Shown: piece after piece, positions 42,816 to 52,961 of the stretch
Numbering within the stretch: the first letter of the stretch is position 1
Layout: every line of letters starts with the position of its first letter
Origin: a virus
Length of the DNA stretch: 64,000 nt
IMG/VR virus record: IMGVR_UViG_3300045912_000129
Coordinates: 1,653-65,652 of that record
Strand: one strand, 5' to 3'
The notes under the pieces: generated by a model
Told to the model about the DNA's origin: nothing
The model's database searches: none
The model's input: only the letters and a program-made list of their open reading frames with translations
Translations under genes and position numbers: made by a program

Positions 42816-45509
42816 CTATTTGCGTCTAGTTTGTTTCTCTTTAATTTCTTTTTTCATTTTTTCAATTCTTGACTTTAATAGATAATCCATTTCTTTATGT
42901 TTATCTTTTAAAGCTAATTCTTCTTTTTTATACTTTGCTTTTAATTCCATTTCTTCTTTTTTGTGTTCAAGTTCTTTAGACTTTAAAACGTTTTTAGCAG
43001 TTTCATTTTCAATTCTTTGTTGTAATTGAGCTAATTGGTAATAATCCGGAATACCATCTTTATTATAATCTTTTTCATTATCAAAAGATATATTCTGATA
43101 TTGAGCTCTCATTTCTTCTGTTTTAAATTTCATAAATCCTTTCAAGAAGCTTTCATCAAGTCTAGAAATTTGCTCATCTTCTTTAGCTTGTAATTGCATT
43201 TGTAACATCTGTTGTTCATGTTCTTGTTGAGATTGTTGTTGTCTTTCAATTCTTTTCTGGAAATCTTCTTCAACTTTTTTAACCATTTGTTTTAATTCAG
43301 TTAAACTTTCAACACTCATCATATCTAATAAAGTAGCAAAATCAGCTTTATCATTTTGTATTAAAGCATGTGTTAATTGTTGTGATTGTTCTAATATTTT
43401 ATAAGCTTTAGAATTATCAGCTACTTTAAGTACAAAATTATCTTCTAATGTTACCATGCCTAAATCTACAATAGTTTTTTCGTCATCATTTAACAAACCC
43501 CTAATAAGATTACTGTTACCAGAAAGAACATTTAAAGTCATTTCCATTAATGTTTGTAATATTTCTTGCCATAGCAAATCATGAGTAGCGTGCATTGATT
43601 CACTCATGTTAATAGAGTGGACTGTTTCTCTATAATTATCACTAGCTGTTAATCTAGGATTAGTTTGTGCTAATCTCTGAGGATTCATACCAACAGCTTT
43701 TTGAATATTACTTTCAACAAACTGAAGAATTTGTACATAATATTGTATAAGATTTGCGTTACTTAAATTTAAAGTTTCAGCGACTTTCATTGTGTTTGTT
43801 AAACCTATTTGTCCAGCTCCTTTAGAATTACTAAAAGGATTGTAAGTTAATACAGAATTATCTTCAGCAATTTGCATAGTTTTTTCTACACCTAATTTAG
43901 CATCAAAAAGATGAGTATTTAAAAATGTCCAAACACCTCTATCTTGAGCTAAAAGCTTCAACATTCGAGCCATAATGATATAATAGATTTTTTGCCAAGG
44001 TTTCATTCTATCCATAGGTGATACTGGAAAACTATTTCTATTGTTATAAATAACACCATGAATAGGAAGTTTTACCTCATAAGGGTTTAGTAAACTTTGA
44101 TAAGCATGAGAAACAGGACCTATTTCTACATAAATATCAGAACCTATTCTAATACCTTTCCATACTTCAGGTATCCATATCCATTCAAGAGACATTTTTC
44201 TATCATCATCCCACCACTCATATTTAGTACGTTTTTTAGTTAAATTATCACTATCTACAGTTATTTTTTTAGCATCTTTAGGTATAATAAAATATTCATC
44301 AACTAATGTAGTTTCTAATTCTCCATCTTGATTAATAAAATCCAAAGCACCTAGTTTACGATAGCTTTTCCAATAAACAGTATATACATCTACATAGTCA
44401 GCATAGTTTCTTCTATTTTCACTAGCATGTAATCCTAAAGAACTAAAATACTTACTTGATATATAACCATTAGTTGGTCCACCATATTTTTGATCTAAAA
44501 TGAAATAATCTTCAGCTTCTATTAATCTACCGCTAGGAAATCTACCTAATTTTTGTACTTCTTTCCATTCACTAGGAGCTTGTCTATTAGTTTGAAAAGG
44601 ATGATTTAAACCAGTTATACCGTGATGATACCCTGTACTTGTTAATTTGATATAATCTTCTTCACTTAATTTTTCACCATATCTATCAAGAGCTTGACCT
44701 AAAGTAATATATTCTTTATAACCTACATAATCACTTTTGTGTAAAAATTGAACATCAGGACTCTTTTCATAAAAGAGATTAAGAGGATTAATCTCTTTAA
44801 TCTTAGGCAATTCGCCTTCTCTTTCTTGATATACTTCTACAACTTCAATTCCAGCAAGTAAAGCATCTTCAAAAGTTTTATTTTTAACATACTTTATATT
44901 AAGCTTTTGAACCATCATTCTCATTATTTTACGCATAGTTATTTCTTCAATTGTACTAATGTTTTCATATTTATCATAAATATCTTGTATAGTAGGTAAA
45001 TCGTTATATAATTTATTGTAGTTTTCTATTACTTGTTGTTGTAATTGCTGAGCTTCTTTAGGATTAATTCTACTTAATTTATGCTCTAGTTCTATATATG
45101 TAAGGAGTTCATGTCTTTTTAATTCTATTGAGAATATAGTTTCTATTAATTCTTCAATGTCTCTTCTTTTATTACGCTCTATTCGATTAGCAACGTGAGG
45201 AGACATATTAGTAATGTCAAAAGCAAATGGTCTAGATAACTCTTCACCTTTGTATGCTTCAATAACATTATGAGTTTGATTATAAGCATTAATATAGTAA
45301 TCTACTTTTTCAGCAGAACCTAAACCTTTACATATAGCTCTGTATTCTTCTTTATTTAATTGATTGTTTTTAAGAGCATAATTCTCTTCCATCCTATACC
45401 AATCAATATAAAAATCGTCAGCTAAATTACAGAAATAATCCATAACTCTCTTACGCCATTCTTCATCTTTCTCTGCCGTAGAAAGTTTTTGATTATGGTG
45501 TAATATCAT
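42816..45509 (-). CDS. Portal protein (crAss-like)
   Basis: 897 aa, directly after TerL, with WIWIPEVWKGIRIG and SPMDRMKPWQKIYYI motifs and a C-terminal coiled coil. Confidence 0.85.
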   Translation of the reverse strand: MILHHNQKLSTAEKDEEWRKRVMDYFCNLADDFYIDWYRMEENYALKNNQLNKEEYRAICKGLGSAEKVDYYINAYNQTHNVIEAYKGEELSRPFAFDITNMSPHVANRIERNKRRDIEELIETIFSIELKRHELLTYIELEHKLSRINPKEAQQLQQQVIENYNKLYNDLPTIQDIYDKYENISTIEEITMRKIMRMMVQKLNIKYVKNKTFEDALLAGIEVVEVYQEREGELPKIKEINPLNLFYEKSPDVQFLHKSDYVGYKEYITLGQALDRYGEKLSEEDYIKLTSTGYHHGITGLNHPFQTNRQAPSEWKEVQKLGRFPSGRLIEAEDYFILDQKYGGPTNGYISSKYFSSLGLHASENRRNYADYVDVYTVYWKSYRKLGALDFINQDGELETTLVDEYFIIPKDAKKITVDSDNLTKKRTKYEWWDDDRKMSLEWIWIPEVWKGIRIGSDIYVEIGPVSHAYQSLLNPYEVKLPIHGVIYNNRNSFPVSPMDRMKPWQKIYYIIMARMLKLLAQDRGVWTFLNTHLFDAKLGVEKTMQIAEDNSVLTYNPFSNSKGAGQIGLTNTMKVAETLNLSNANLIQYYVQILQFVESNIQKAVGMNPQRLAQTNPRLTASDNYRETVHSINMSESMHATHDLLWQEILQTLMEMTLNVLSGNSNLIRGLLNDDEKTIVDLGMVTLEDNFVLKVADNSKAYKILEQSQQLTHALIQNDKADFATLLDMMSVESLTELKQMVKKVEEDFQKRIERQQQSQQEHEQQMLQMQLQAKEDEQISRLDESFLKGFMKFKTEEMRAQYQNISFDNEKDYNKDGIPDYYQLAQLQQRIENETAKNVLKSKELEHKKEEMELKAKYKKEELALKDKHKEMDYLLKSRIEKMKKEIKEKQTRRK

Positions 45510-47980
45510 AATTCATCATTATCGTCATTATATTCAAAAATTGACTTATGGTTAGTTGATTGCTTTCCATAGATTGACGCATAAAATTGCATTAATTCTA
45601 ATGAAGTATTATAACTAATTTCTTCTTCTTCCTCAGTATATAATTCTTGTAATTGAAACATTATACCCATTAAAGTAGAAACAGCATCATAATTACCATC
45701 TCTATCGTAATTTATTAATTGTTCTATTAATAATTGATCTTCAAGTCTATCTAAATTAGTAGATCCTTCTTCTACTATTTTTTCACCAGTTTCATCGTCA
45801 AAATAGTTTTTTCTTGATCCTCTTTTACTTAACCATTCATATATTAAATTCTCTCCTAGTTCTTTATGTTTAATTGTAGAACAAGAATGACCATATTGTC
45901 TTAAAGTACTTTTAGCACCAGGTATAAACTTATTCATACTTAAAACAGGAGTAGGCATTAATCTATTTAAAGCGTTAATCTTTAAAAAATATTGAAATAT
46001 ACCACCATCTCTATCGTTTTCAAATGTTATCCTAGCATTGTAATACTTAGATAATTTGTATAATAAAGAGTGCATATAATCTTGTGGATTAATTTGTTTT
46101 CTACCCCAATAAGTAGCAACTATTTTTTCTTCACCCATATAATGACTATACTTGTTGGTTTTATACACTATAATACCAATTAAAGATTTACCGCTATTAG
46201 TATTAATACCAATAGGGTCTACTGAAATAATATAAGCATCATCAGGTATTGCACCTTTTATTTTAATAGGTGCTTCATAACGTAATAAACATCCTTCTCT
46301 ATTGGTAATATCTACAGTTGTTGTAGTTATTGGTTGTAAATCAGGTTTAGGAATAAATTCAACAACTCCATTAATTTCAACTAATTCTCCAGGTATTCTT
46401 AAACCTTCAAAACCAGATTTAGAACTAGAAATAGTAATACTTCTTTGTATTAATTCTTCAGTTTGAAATCTTGAACCTTTAGTTATTAAGAAAGCTTCAT
46501 TGGGTGTTTTACATCGTTGTGTAAGAAACATTTCATAATTCTGCTTAGTATCTTTAGGAGGTTTTTTACTATTTCTTTCTTGATCTAAAGCAGCTTCTGC
46601 TACCCAAAAGAAAGCATTACCTTTATTATCTAAACCTTTATATTTAACTCCATCTAAAACTATATAAGAACCAAAATTAGACCACATATCTGATACAAAA
46701 TATCCACAAGGATTTTCTGTTTCTCTATATTCATAAATATTTCTATAAGCAGCAAAACCATTTGCTTCAGGTCTGTTAAATAACATACTAAAATCTTGTG
46801 AAGAACCTTTTTTACCACTAGAAGCTACCATTTCACCTCCTGTACCAAACACTACAGCTATACCGTCACGATATACAGAACCTACTCTTAATGATTCTTT
46901 AGTAATAGTCCAAGCAGGCATTAAATTAGTTATTTTACCAGCTTCTTCAATATAAACTCTAGCTAGACCATGACCAGCTATTCCATCATTATTATTATAC
47001 AATGATACAGTTTGAATAAAAGATCCTCTACCTCTTCTTTCACCAGTTCTTGTATTAATTAAACTTAATTCTAAATAACCAGAATCTGTTGTTCTACTTA
47101 AAGGATAATGTTTCCAACCTCCATTATTTTTAGCTAGACCTATCTCTTCTCTTCCAAAAGGAGTATATCTACTTAAATGATCTATTACATCAGCAGCTTT
47201 ATCAAAACAAAGAGCAGCATCTTCACCAGTAGCAGAAGCAATTATAACACCCGCATTATTCCTAAATGCTGCAATCCATGCAGCACCTGCTCCTGCTTTA
47301 TATGAAAAACCTTTACGTCTTGATTTAGCTACAATCATTGATTGTTTAAATTCTCTAGGTAAACCATAACGTTTAGGATTTTCTCTAGCTTCTAGCTCTT
47401 TAAAAAAATAATAATCCATTGCTAAAAACTCAGGAATACCTGATCTATCTATTGTTTCGTTTTCAGTTATTTCTACTTTTTTTATCCAACCGTAATTTAA
47501 ATAAAAGTAAAACTCACCACTAATACGTAATCCACAAGGTTTACCATCTACTATTGGTTCATATCCTTCTATAATACGCCTACCTTCTTCCATCCAAAAG
47601 TCTTTATACGCTTTTGTTCCTTTTAAGAAGTTAGTATAAGAAGGAGGAGTATTAGTACCTTTTACTTCTTTCATGCTTTTTTCAAAAGCTAAACCTGCTG
47701 GTCTAAATACATCTACATTTACAAAATGTAAATAATCCCACATCAAATTATCAACAGGACTCATCATACTAAACCTGTTAATAGTAATACCAGCTTTAGA
47801 TAATTTATCAAAAGGAATAGATTTTAATATATCTTCAGTAGTTACTTCATAAGCGACTTTAGGGTTTATAATAAGACCTTCTTTAGTCGTTGGTTTAAGT
47901 GTACCATTTTCATAGTCTTTAATCATTTGCTGATATTCTTCTTCAGTTTTATAAGCATGCGTTGTATCATAAGTAATCAT
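45506..47980 (-). CDS. terL: Terminase large subunit
   Basis: Walker A-like AKSRRKGFSY, Walker B YIEEAG, coupling motif FGTGG, and RNase H-like IISVDP and NYDAVS. Confidence 0.92.
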   Translation of the reverse strand: MITYDTTHAYKTEEEYQQMIKDYENGTLKPTTKEGLIINPKVAYEVTTEDILKSIPFDKLSKAGITINRFSMMSPVDNLMWDYLHFVNVDVFRPAGLAFEKSMKEVKGTNTPPSYTNFLKGTKAYKDFWMEEGRRIIEGYEPIVDGKPCGLRISGEFYFYLNYGWIKKVEITENETIDRSGIPEFLAMDYYFFKELEARENPKRYGLPREFKQSMIVAKSRRKGFSYKAGAGAAWIAAFRNNAGVIIASATGEDAALCFDKAADVIDHLSRYTPFGREEIGLAKNNGGWKHYPLSRTTDSGYLELSLINTRTGERRGRGSFIQTVSLYNNNDGIAGHGLARVYIEEAGKITNLMPAWTITKESLRVGSVYRDGIAVVFGTGGEMVASSGKKGSSQDFSMLFNRPEANGFAAYRNIYEYRETENPCGYFVSDMWSNFGSYIVLDGVKYKGLDNKGNAFFWVAEAALDQERNSKKPPKDTKQNYEMFLTQRCKTPNEAFLITKGSRFQTEELIQRSITISSSKSGFEGLRIPGELVEINGVVEFIPKPDLQPITTTTVDITNREGCLLRYEAPIKIKGAIPDDAYIISVDPIGINTNSGKSLIGIIVYKTNKYSHYMGEEKIVATYWGRKQINPQDYMHSLLYKLSKYYNARITFENDRDGGIFQYFLKINALNRLMPTPVLSMNKFIPGAKSTLRQYGHSCSTIKHKELGENLIYEWLSKRGSRKNYFDDETGEKIVEEGSTNLDRLEDQLLIEQLINYDRDGNYDAVSTLMGIMFQLQELYTEEEEEISYNTSLELMQFYASIYGKQSTNHKSIFEYNDDNDEL

Positions 47981-47981
47981 A

Positions 47982-48647
47982 CTACTTGTATTTAAAAGTG
48001 GAAATTACATCGTAAATTATATAGTTTTCAATTCTTTCAGTGTTAGTATCTGTATCAAGATCTTGTTCTACAGTTTTAATCTTTTTACGTAAGTCAAGAA
48101 GAGACTCTACAAGTTTATTTAGTTTAGGTATTAAATCAGCACTTTCTTTAATCTTTTTATTAATAGCATCTTCTATTTCTAGTTTTTGTTTTGCTAAAGA
48201 AAATCTTTCATCTATATCCTCTTCTTCCCTTAGTTTAGCTTCAATGTCATTAATTAATCTGTAGTATTCACTATTATTCTCTTCATTAGTTTGAAGAGAT
48301 TTTATCATATTATCACAAATTTTAAGAGATGAATCTAAACTTCTAGTTTCAGCTGTAGATTGTCTTTTAATGTATTCATCAATACAATCTTGTAATTCTT
48401 TAGTAATAGTAACATTACGTTTACCATAAGCAGCAAAAGCAGAATCACCAAGTCTATTTTCACTGTCTCTATAAGGAGATCTAGGATCACAATAAAACCA
48501 TATAAAAGCTAAATGTTGAGCATATACTCGTTTAGTTTCGGATTTGTCTTTTTTATATAAAGCTTTAAATTGTGGTAAATTAATAAGTAATGGTGTGTAT
48601 CTAGGTTCATCATCTACAACCTCAAAAAGTTTATTAGCTAGTCCCAT
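47982..48647 (-). CDS. Conserved pre-TerL protein, putative terminase small subunit
   Basis: FIWFYCDPRSPY motif, helical, immediately upstream of terL. Confidence 0.5.
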   Translation of the reverse strand: MGLANKLFEVVDDEPRYTPLLINLPQFKALYKKDKSETKRVYAQHLAFIWFYCDPRSPYRDSENRLGDSAFAAYGKRNVTITKELQDCIDEYIKRQSTAETRSLDSSLKICDNMIKSLQTNEENNSEYYRLINDIEAKLREEEDIDERFSLAKQKLEIEDAINKKIKESADLIPKLNKLVESLLDLRKKIKTVEQDLDTDTNTERIENYIIYDVISTFKYK

Positions 48648-48648
48648 C

Positions 48649-49065
48649 TTAAGCTAAGTTAGTTAGTTTATAAATTAAAGTATTCATTTGTGTTAGAAAA
48701 TTATCTAATTCATTATGTAATTCTGTGTATTCTTGAGGTATATAATAGTAGCGATTAGCTACTATCATATCTTTTTTTGTTTTGATGTAATTAAGATAAT
48801 TATCTGTTTTACAACAAATATCAGAGCAAGTATTAAAGGGAAGTATAGCATTTGTTCTACCTTGATAAGATTCAACTAAACCATCTAAAAAGTCTGGAAT
48901 AAATTGATAAAAAGAACCTAATGCTGTATGAGCGGCATAAGAACCAGGTCCTTTTACTTTCCAGTGTTCTATTTGAGTAATTATAAAACATTCATGTAAG
49001 CAATTAACTAATTCTAAAAAAGGATTAATTGCCTTTTTGCTTTTCATCAGTTTCGTTATGTCCAT
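48649..49065 (-). CDS. Ferritin/Dps-like four-helix protein
   Basis: HWKVKGPGSYAAHTALGSFY...DGLVESYQG resembles phage Dps-like proteins. Confidence 0.6.
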   Translation of the reverse strand: MDITKLMKSKKAINPFLELVNCLHECFIITQIEHWKVKGPGSYAAHTALGSFYQFIPDFLDGLVESYQGRTNAILPFNTCSDICCKTDNYLNYIKTKKDMIVANRYYYIPQEYTELHNELDNFLTQMNTLIYKLTNLA

Positions 49066-49711
49066 CTTTCAAATTGTAACCGTAAAATTCAATATAAGAT
49101 ATTTGATTATTAGACCATGTAATGCTAATTGAAACATGTAATTGAGCATTTGGTCTTTTTTTAAGAGTATCAATTTCTACGTAGATTACACCGTTTTTAG
49201 AACTAAAAGGTTCGTCATAATAAACTTTAGTACAACCACAAGAAGTACTAATTGATTTAATTGTATAATCTTCATTAGAAGTTACTTTAATAACTTTATT
49301 AATAAGTGTACCGTATTCTACAACACCTAAATCAGATTCAAATTCTAGTTTAACCATATTGTTAATATTTTTTAACCAAAATTTATATAAGTTCTCATCT
49401 AAAGTAAGTTCTAGTCTATTTAATTTATCTTTAAATTCTTCCCATTCTTTTTTATTTAGCATTGGAGGATAACATTGATCTTCACATGTTTTATCAGCAT
49501 AAAACATATCAGGTAAAATACAATTACATTTACAGTAACCATTTTTTAAACATTCTTTATTAGCTACTGATTCTCTGAATGTAATTTGTTCTTGTATGTG
49601 AGGATCTAATCCTATAAAATCTAAACCATGTTTTTCAACAAACATTCTGATGTTAGCTTGTATAAAAGACTTAATGTTTTTTAAGTTATAATCATATTTC
49701 CCTATCTTCAT
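49025..49711 (-). CDS. Cys-rich N-domain fused to a DUF1573-like Ig domain
   Basis: N-terminal CLKNGYCKCNC...C...CYPPM and C-terminal DLGVV...ISTSCGCT. Confidence 0.5.
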   Translation of the reverse strand: MKIGKYDYNLKNIKSFIQANIRMFVEKHGLDFIGLDPHIQEQITFRESVANKECLKNGYCKCNCILPDMFYADKTCEDQCYPPMLNKKEWEEFKDKLNRLELTLDENLYKFWLKNINNMVKLEFESDLGVVEYGTLINKVIKVTSNEDYTIKSISTSCGCTKVYYDEPFSSKNGVIYVEIDTLKKRPNAQLHVSISITWSNNQISYIEFYGYNLKDGHNETDEKQKGN

Positions 49712-49716
49712 ATAAA

Positions 49717-50268
49717 CTATTTTATATACTTATAGATTAAGTACAAGATTATTAAAAAGAGAAGTAAATAAATAAACAGTATTATTAAAGCTTTAAGATT
49801 ACTAGTTAACCAATAAGAAAAAGAAGTAGTAGTGTTAATAACTTCTTTAACATTAGTAACTATCTTCTCCCTATAAAGAGTATCTTTAATGTTAATAGTA
49901 TCTGTTCTATAAATTACTTCTGGATACTTAGTAATGTTAACTTTAACAGCGTCTTGCTTAATATCTATAACGCCTTTAATTATATTAAACTTATCAGAAA
50001 AAGTAAATACAGTGTCTTTATAAAGCGTATTAAACACAGTATCAATTGTTATTGTATTAGTAACTATAGTGTCATTTATTACTACTTGCTTATCTCTAAC
50101 TATAGTATCTTTAACTATAATAATCGTATCTTTTACTAGTTTTAATTCAGGAAAAGTGTTTACTATACTTTCTATTTTACGCTTAGCACGTTCTTTTCTT
50201 TTATTATACTTTTCTAAAGGTGTTAAACAAGAAGCAAGAACAAAAAGAATTGTTAGTATATATTTCAT
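49717..50268 (-). CDS. Putative unimolecular spanin (lipoprotein with C-terminal TM helix)
   Basis: Signal peptide with lipobox LASC, beta-rich DT-repeat periplasmic part, and C-terminal hydrophobic helix LIILFIYLLLFLIILYLIY. Confidence 0.6.
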   Translation of the reverse strand: MKYILTILFVLASCLTPLEKYNKRKERAKRKIESIVNTFPELKLVKDTIIIVKDTIVRDKQVVINDTIVTNTITIDTVFNTLYKDTVFTFSDKFNIIKGVIDIKQDAVKVNITKYPEVIYRTDTINIKDTLYREKIVTNVKEVINTTTSFSYWLTSNLKALIILFIYLLLFLIILYLIYKYIK

Positions 50269-51005
50269 GACTGTTTATTTGCTAATAGAAGACTTTTAAT
50301 CTTATCTGTTATAGAAACATGAGAGTCCATCATTTTATCATGACAATCTCTTTTAACTATACTTTCAATTTCATAAGTAGTCACTTTAAAAAGAAAGTCA
50401 AAATTAGATAGATTAATATCTTCTTGATTTCTGACAAAATCACCTGTCTTAGCTTGTTTATCAGGGTAATATCTTGAATCTTTAAATAAGAAATGATTAG
50501 TATAAACAATATCACCTACTTCCGGAATAATTACAGCATCTGCTTTTTCTTTATCATATTTAGCAAGTTTTTCTTTTAACTCATAGTAATATAATTGAAC
50601 GTAAGGACTAATTGCCATAATTACTCCTTTATCTATTAAAGGAAAAGGAGTATCAATATAATGAGGTACATCAGTAGTTCTTTTACGTCCATCAATTTGA
50701 CTAATACCTGGTATAATCATAGTTTGTCCTTGTTCATTAGTGTAAACGTCTTTAATAACATTTTCCATAAACATGTGAATAATTAAGTGTTGACCATCTA
50801 GTTGTATCTTTTTAAAATGTTCAATTAAGTCTTTATCATGTAAACCTTTTTTACCAACATACTCAAGATTCCAACGATCTACATAAGCTTGTCTTTCTAT
50901 CCATGATTCAATAGGATTAGTATTAGATTGATTTCTAAAAGCATTATCTACTACACTTGTTTTATTACGCATTGTAGTTGTCGTAGGTCTATTTAATTTA
51001 CTCAT
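50265..51005 (-). CDS. Divergent GroES-like protein with extensions
   Basis: TMIIPG...KGVIMAIS...PEVGDIVY matches the GroES strand pattern (IxLP, GxVxAV, VGDxV). Motif-level match only. Confidence 0.4.
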   Translation of the reverse strand: MSKLNRPTTTTMRNKTSVVDNAFRNQSNTNPIESWIERQAYVDRWNLEYVGKKGLHDKDLIEHFKKIQLDGQHLIIHMFMENVIKDVYTNEQGQTMIIPGISQIDGRKRTTDVPHYIDTPFPLIDKGVIMAISPYVQLYYYELKEKLAKYDKEKADAVIIPEVGDIVYTNHFLFKDSRYYPDKQAKTGDFVRNQEDINLSNFDFLFKVTTYEIESIVKRDCHDKMMDSHVSITDKIKSLLLANKQS

Positions 51006-51022
51006 AGTTAATTAGTTATTAG

Positions 51023-51400
51023 TTAGCAGTTATTAAATCTATTTGGTTTATCAAATTTAAAATTAGTAATATGACCAATTTTTTGATTCATATCTTCAAT
51101 ATACTCTTTAATAATAGGATTATCATCAAATAAGTACCAGTCTTCTTTAGCTCTGTTTTTATTAAGTTTTTTAATAATTCTTGCTCCAGTTGGATTTCCT
51201 TTTTCAAAAGCCATATTTAAACGTCTTATGCGCAATCTAAATACACAAAATTTAGGTATTCTAATATCAGCATAAGGGAGCTTATTAAGAAGATCTCCTA
51301 AATTATCAAAATGTCCATTAACTATTTTTTTTACTTTATTGAAATTAATATTTAGTTTTTCAGAAGTTTGTTTTATCAATGCTTCATAATTCTCTTTCAT
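51023..51400 (-). CDS. HU/IHF-like DNA-binding protein
   Basis: LIKQTSEKLNINFNKVKKIV...IRIPKFCVF. ATG at 51400 overlaps the upstream TGA. Confidence 0.55.
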   Translation of the reverse strand: MKENYEALIKQTSEKLNINFNKVKKIVNGHFDNLGDLLNKLPYADIRIPKFCVFRLRIRRLNMAFEKGNPTGARIIKKLNKNRAKEDWYLFDDNPIIKEYIEDMNQKIGHITNFKFDKPNRFNNC

Positions 51401-51915
51401 TTTACACAAAATTTAAATAAGAAATCAAAAGCTAAATGTCCTTTCTCTTTGATGGCTTTTTTAGTCTTAATCATTAAATCTTTACATTCTTGATTAGGTG
51501 TACAAAAACCATCTTCAGTAGTAATTAAATATTCACTTTTTCTAAGTTTAGTCATACTATTATAAATACTAGTATGTGTTTTATTAAGTTTATTTGCAAT
51601 GTCAATTAATTTAGAATCTTTGTTTCTATAAATCAAAGTAAAATCTAAATCAAGAGTCATCATATATGCCATTAGTTCTAATGGAGCGGGTGATATTTTC
51701 ATATCAACAATTCTGTTATCTACTTTTTTCCATCTTATAATGTTATTTAATTCTAAATAAATTTTATAAAAAGTAAATTCATCTATGCTTGTTAAAGGTT
51801 CTGTTTCTATGATTAGATTGTCAATAATTTCTGTTGGTTTATATTTACCAAACCTAGCTATTTTACAATCTTTAACCATAGATTCTCTTTTATCAAACTT
51901 AATTCCTTTTTCCAT
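51397..51915 (-). CDS. Winged-helix/HTH DNA-binding protein
   Basis: LIDIANKLNKTHTSIYNSMTKLRKSEYL. First gene of the late arm. Confidence 0.5.
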   Translation of the reverse strand: MEKGIKFDKRESMVKDCKIARFGKYKPTEIIDNLIIETEPLTSIDEFTFYKIYLELNNIIRWKKVDNRIVDMKISPAPLELMAYMMTLDLDFTLIYRNKDSKLIDIANKLNKTHTSIYNSMTKLRKSEYLITTEDGFCTPNQECKDLMIKTKKAIKEKGHLAFDFLFKFCVK

Positions 51916-52187
51916 ATTAGTTAATTTAAATAATTAGTTAGTTACTCTGGTTAATTATAACTACAAAGTTATGTTAAACTCTTTCCAAAAAATTATATAA
52001 AAATTTTAAATAGTCAAAACCTACCCCCTCCTGTTATTCAAAATTATTTTATCCCCCCCTACCCTTATCTATATGGGTTTATTTCTTTAAAAAACAGGCC
52101 TAATTTCAATTTTAAATTCAAAGTAATATAAATATACTACTCAATGATTAGAGTGTCTTAAATCGAAAGCTAGAGGGTTTAAAAGGC

Positions 52188-52253
52188 AAATTGAATTTTA
52201 GTTTAAGGGGAGTGATATTTAAAATTGAATTTTAGTTTAAAAGGAGTGATATT
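52188..52253 (+). repeat. Tandem 32-bp direct repeat (2 copies, 30/32 identical)
   Basis: AAATTGAATTTTAGTTTAAGGGGAGTGATATT (52188-52219) and AAATTGAATTTTAGTTTAAAAGGAGTGATATT (52222-52253). Confidence 0.85.
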
Positions 52254-52339
52254 ACCTCCTATAACCACCCCCCTTTAGTTTTGGGAGGATTCCTCCCCCG
52301 GTAGGCATATTGCCTATCGGAAACTTTAAAAACTAAAAA

Positions 52340-52804
52340 ATGAAAATCAATTATTCAAAAGTCCTGGCGGAGCTCCGCCAGGCAGTCCAGACCGGCTCAG
52401 GGAGCGGATGGATTTTATTGACAGAGGACTCACTAAAGGTCCTCATGAATAGCCTCGGCGTGACCTCCGCCGCCGAGCTATTAAGCAAACAAGCGGAGTT
52501 CGTCACGGTACCATGCTATTTCGTACTTGAAACCCCTCCTTCAGAAGGCAAGGGGGCAAAGTACACCAGCCTTGCAAACCCTTTCCAAGGGGTCGAGGGT
52601 GGGCTAACCACCATCGACTGGAGCAATAAGATCTCTACTCCATACGCCTCCGGAGTAATCCGGAAGTGTACCAGAGAGGGTATTGTTTTTTGGTTAGCAG
52701 AAAAGCCGACCGGAAAATACGAAACTGGCTTTTACTACCGTGTCGCCCGCAAGGGCGAATCCAAGGCCTCTGTTAAACAGGGCCTCACGAAAAAACCTGT
52801 ATAA
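52340..52804 (+). CDS. Hypothetical early protein
   Basis: 154 aa with an A-rich leader; first gene on the + arm. Confidence 0.6.
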   Translation: MKINYSKVLAELRQAVQTGSGSGWILLTEDSLKVLMNSLGVTSAAELLSKQAEFVTVPCYFVLETPPSEGKGAKYTSLANPFQGVEGGLTTIDWSNKISTPYASGVIRKCTREGIVFWLAEKPTGKYETGFYYRVARKGESKASVKQGLTKKPV

Positions 52805-52961
52805 GGTTTCCCTAGTTAAATAGGGTTTTTACGCCTATATATACTGACCAAATATAGGCAATATACAGGTCCCCGCGCTATGGGTTAATAGCACGAAGAT
52901 CAACCCCATTATTATAATGGGGTTTCTTTTTATAAACCATTTTGCAACGTAGTTAGCATTT

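Noticed and set aside
45506-47980. Intein or intron in terL or other core genes
   Set aside because: No C...HN splice motifs, LAGLIDADG motifs or frame breaks were seen.
846-50299. Many 60-90 aa antisense or off-frame ORFs inside large genes
   Set aside because: Expected shadow ORFs in AT-rich coding DNA, with no motifs or leaders.
1-51915. Stop-codon recoding (TAG or TGA), which is common in crAss-like phages
   Set aside because: Genes are full-length in the standard code, several end in TAG or TGA with tight coupling to the next gene, and no suppressor tRNA was found.
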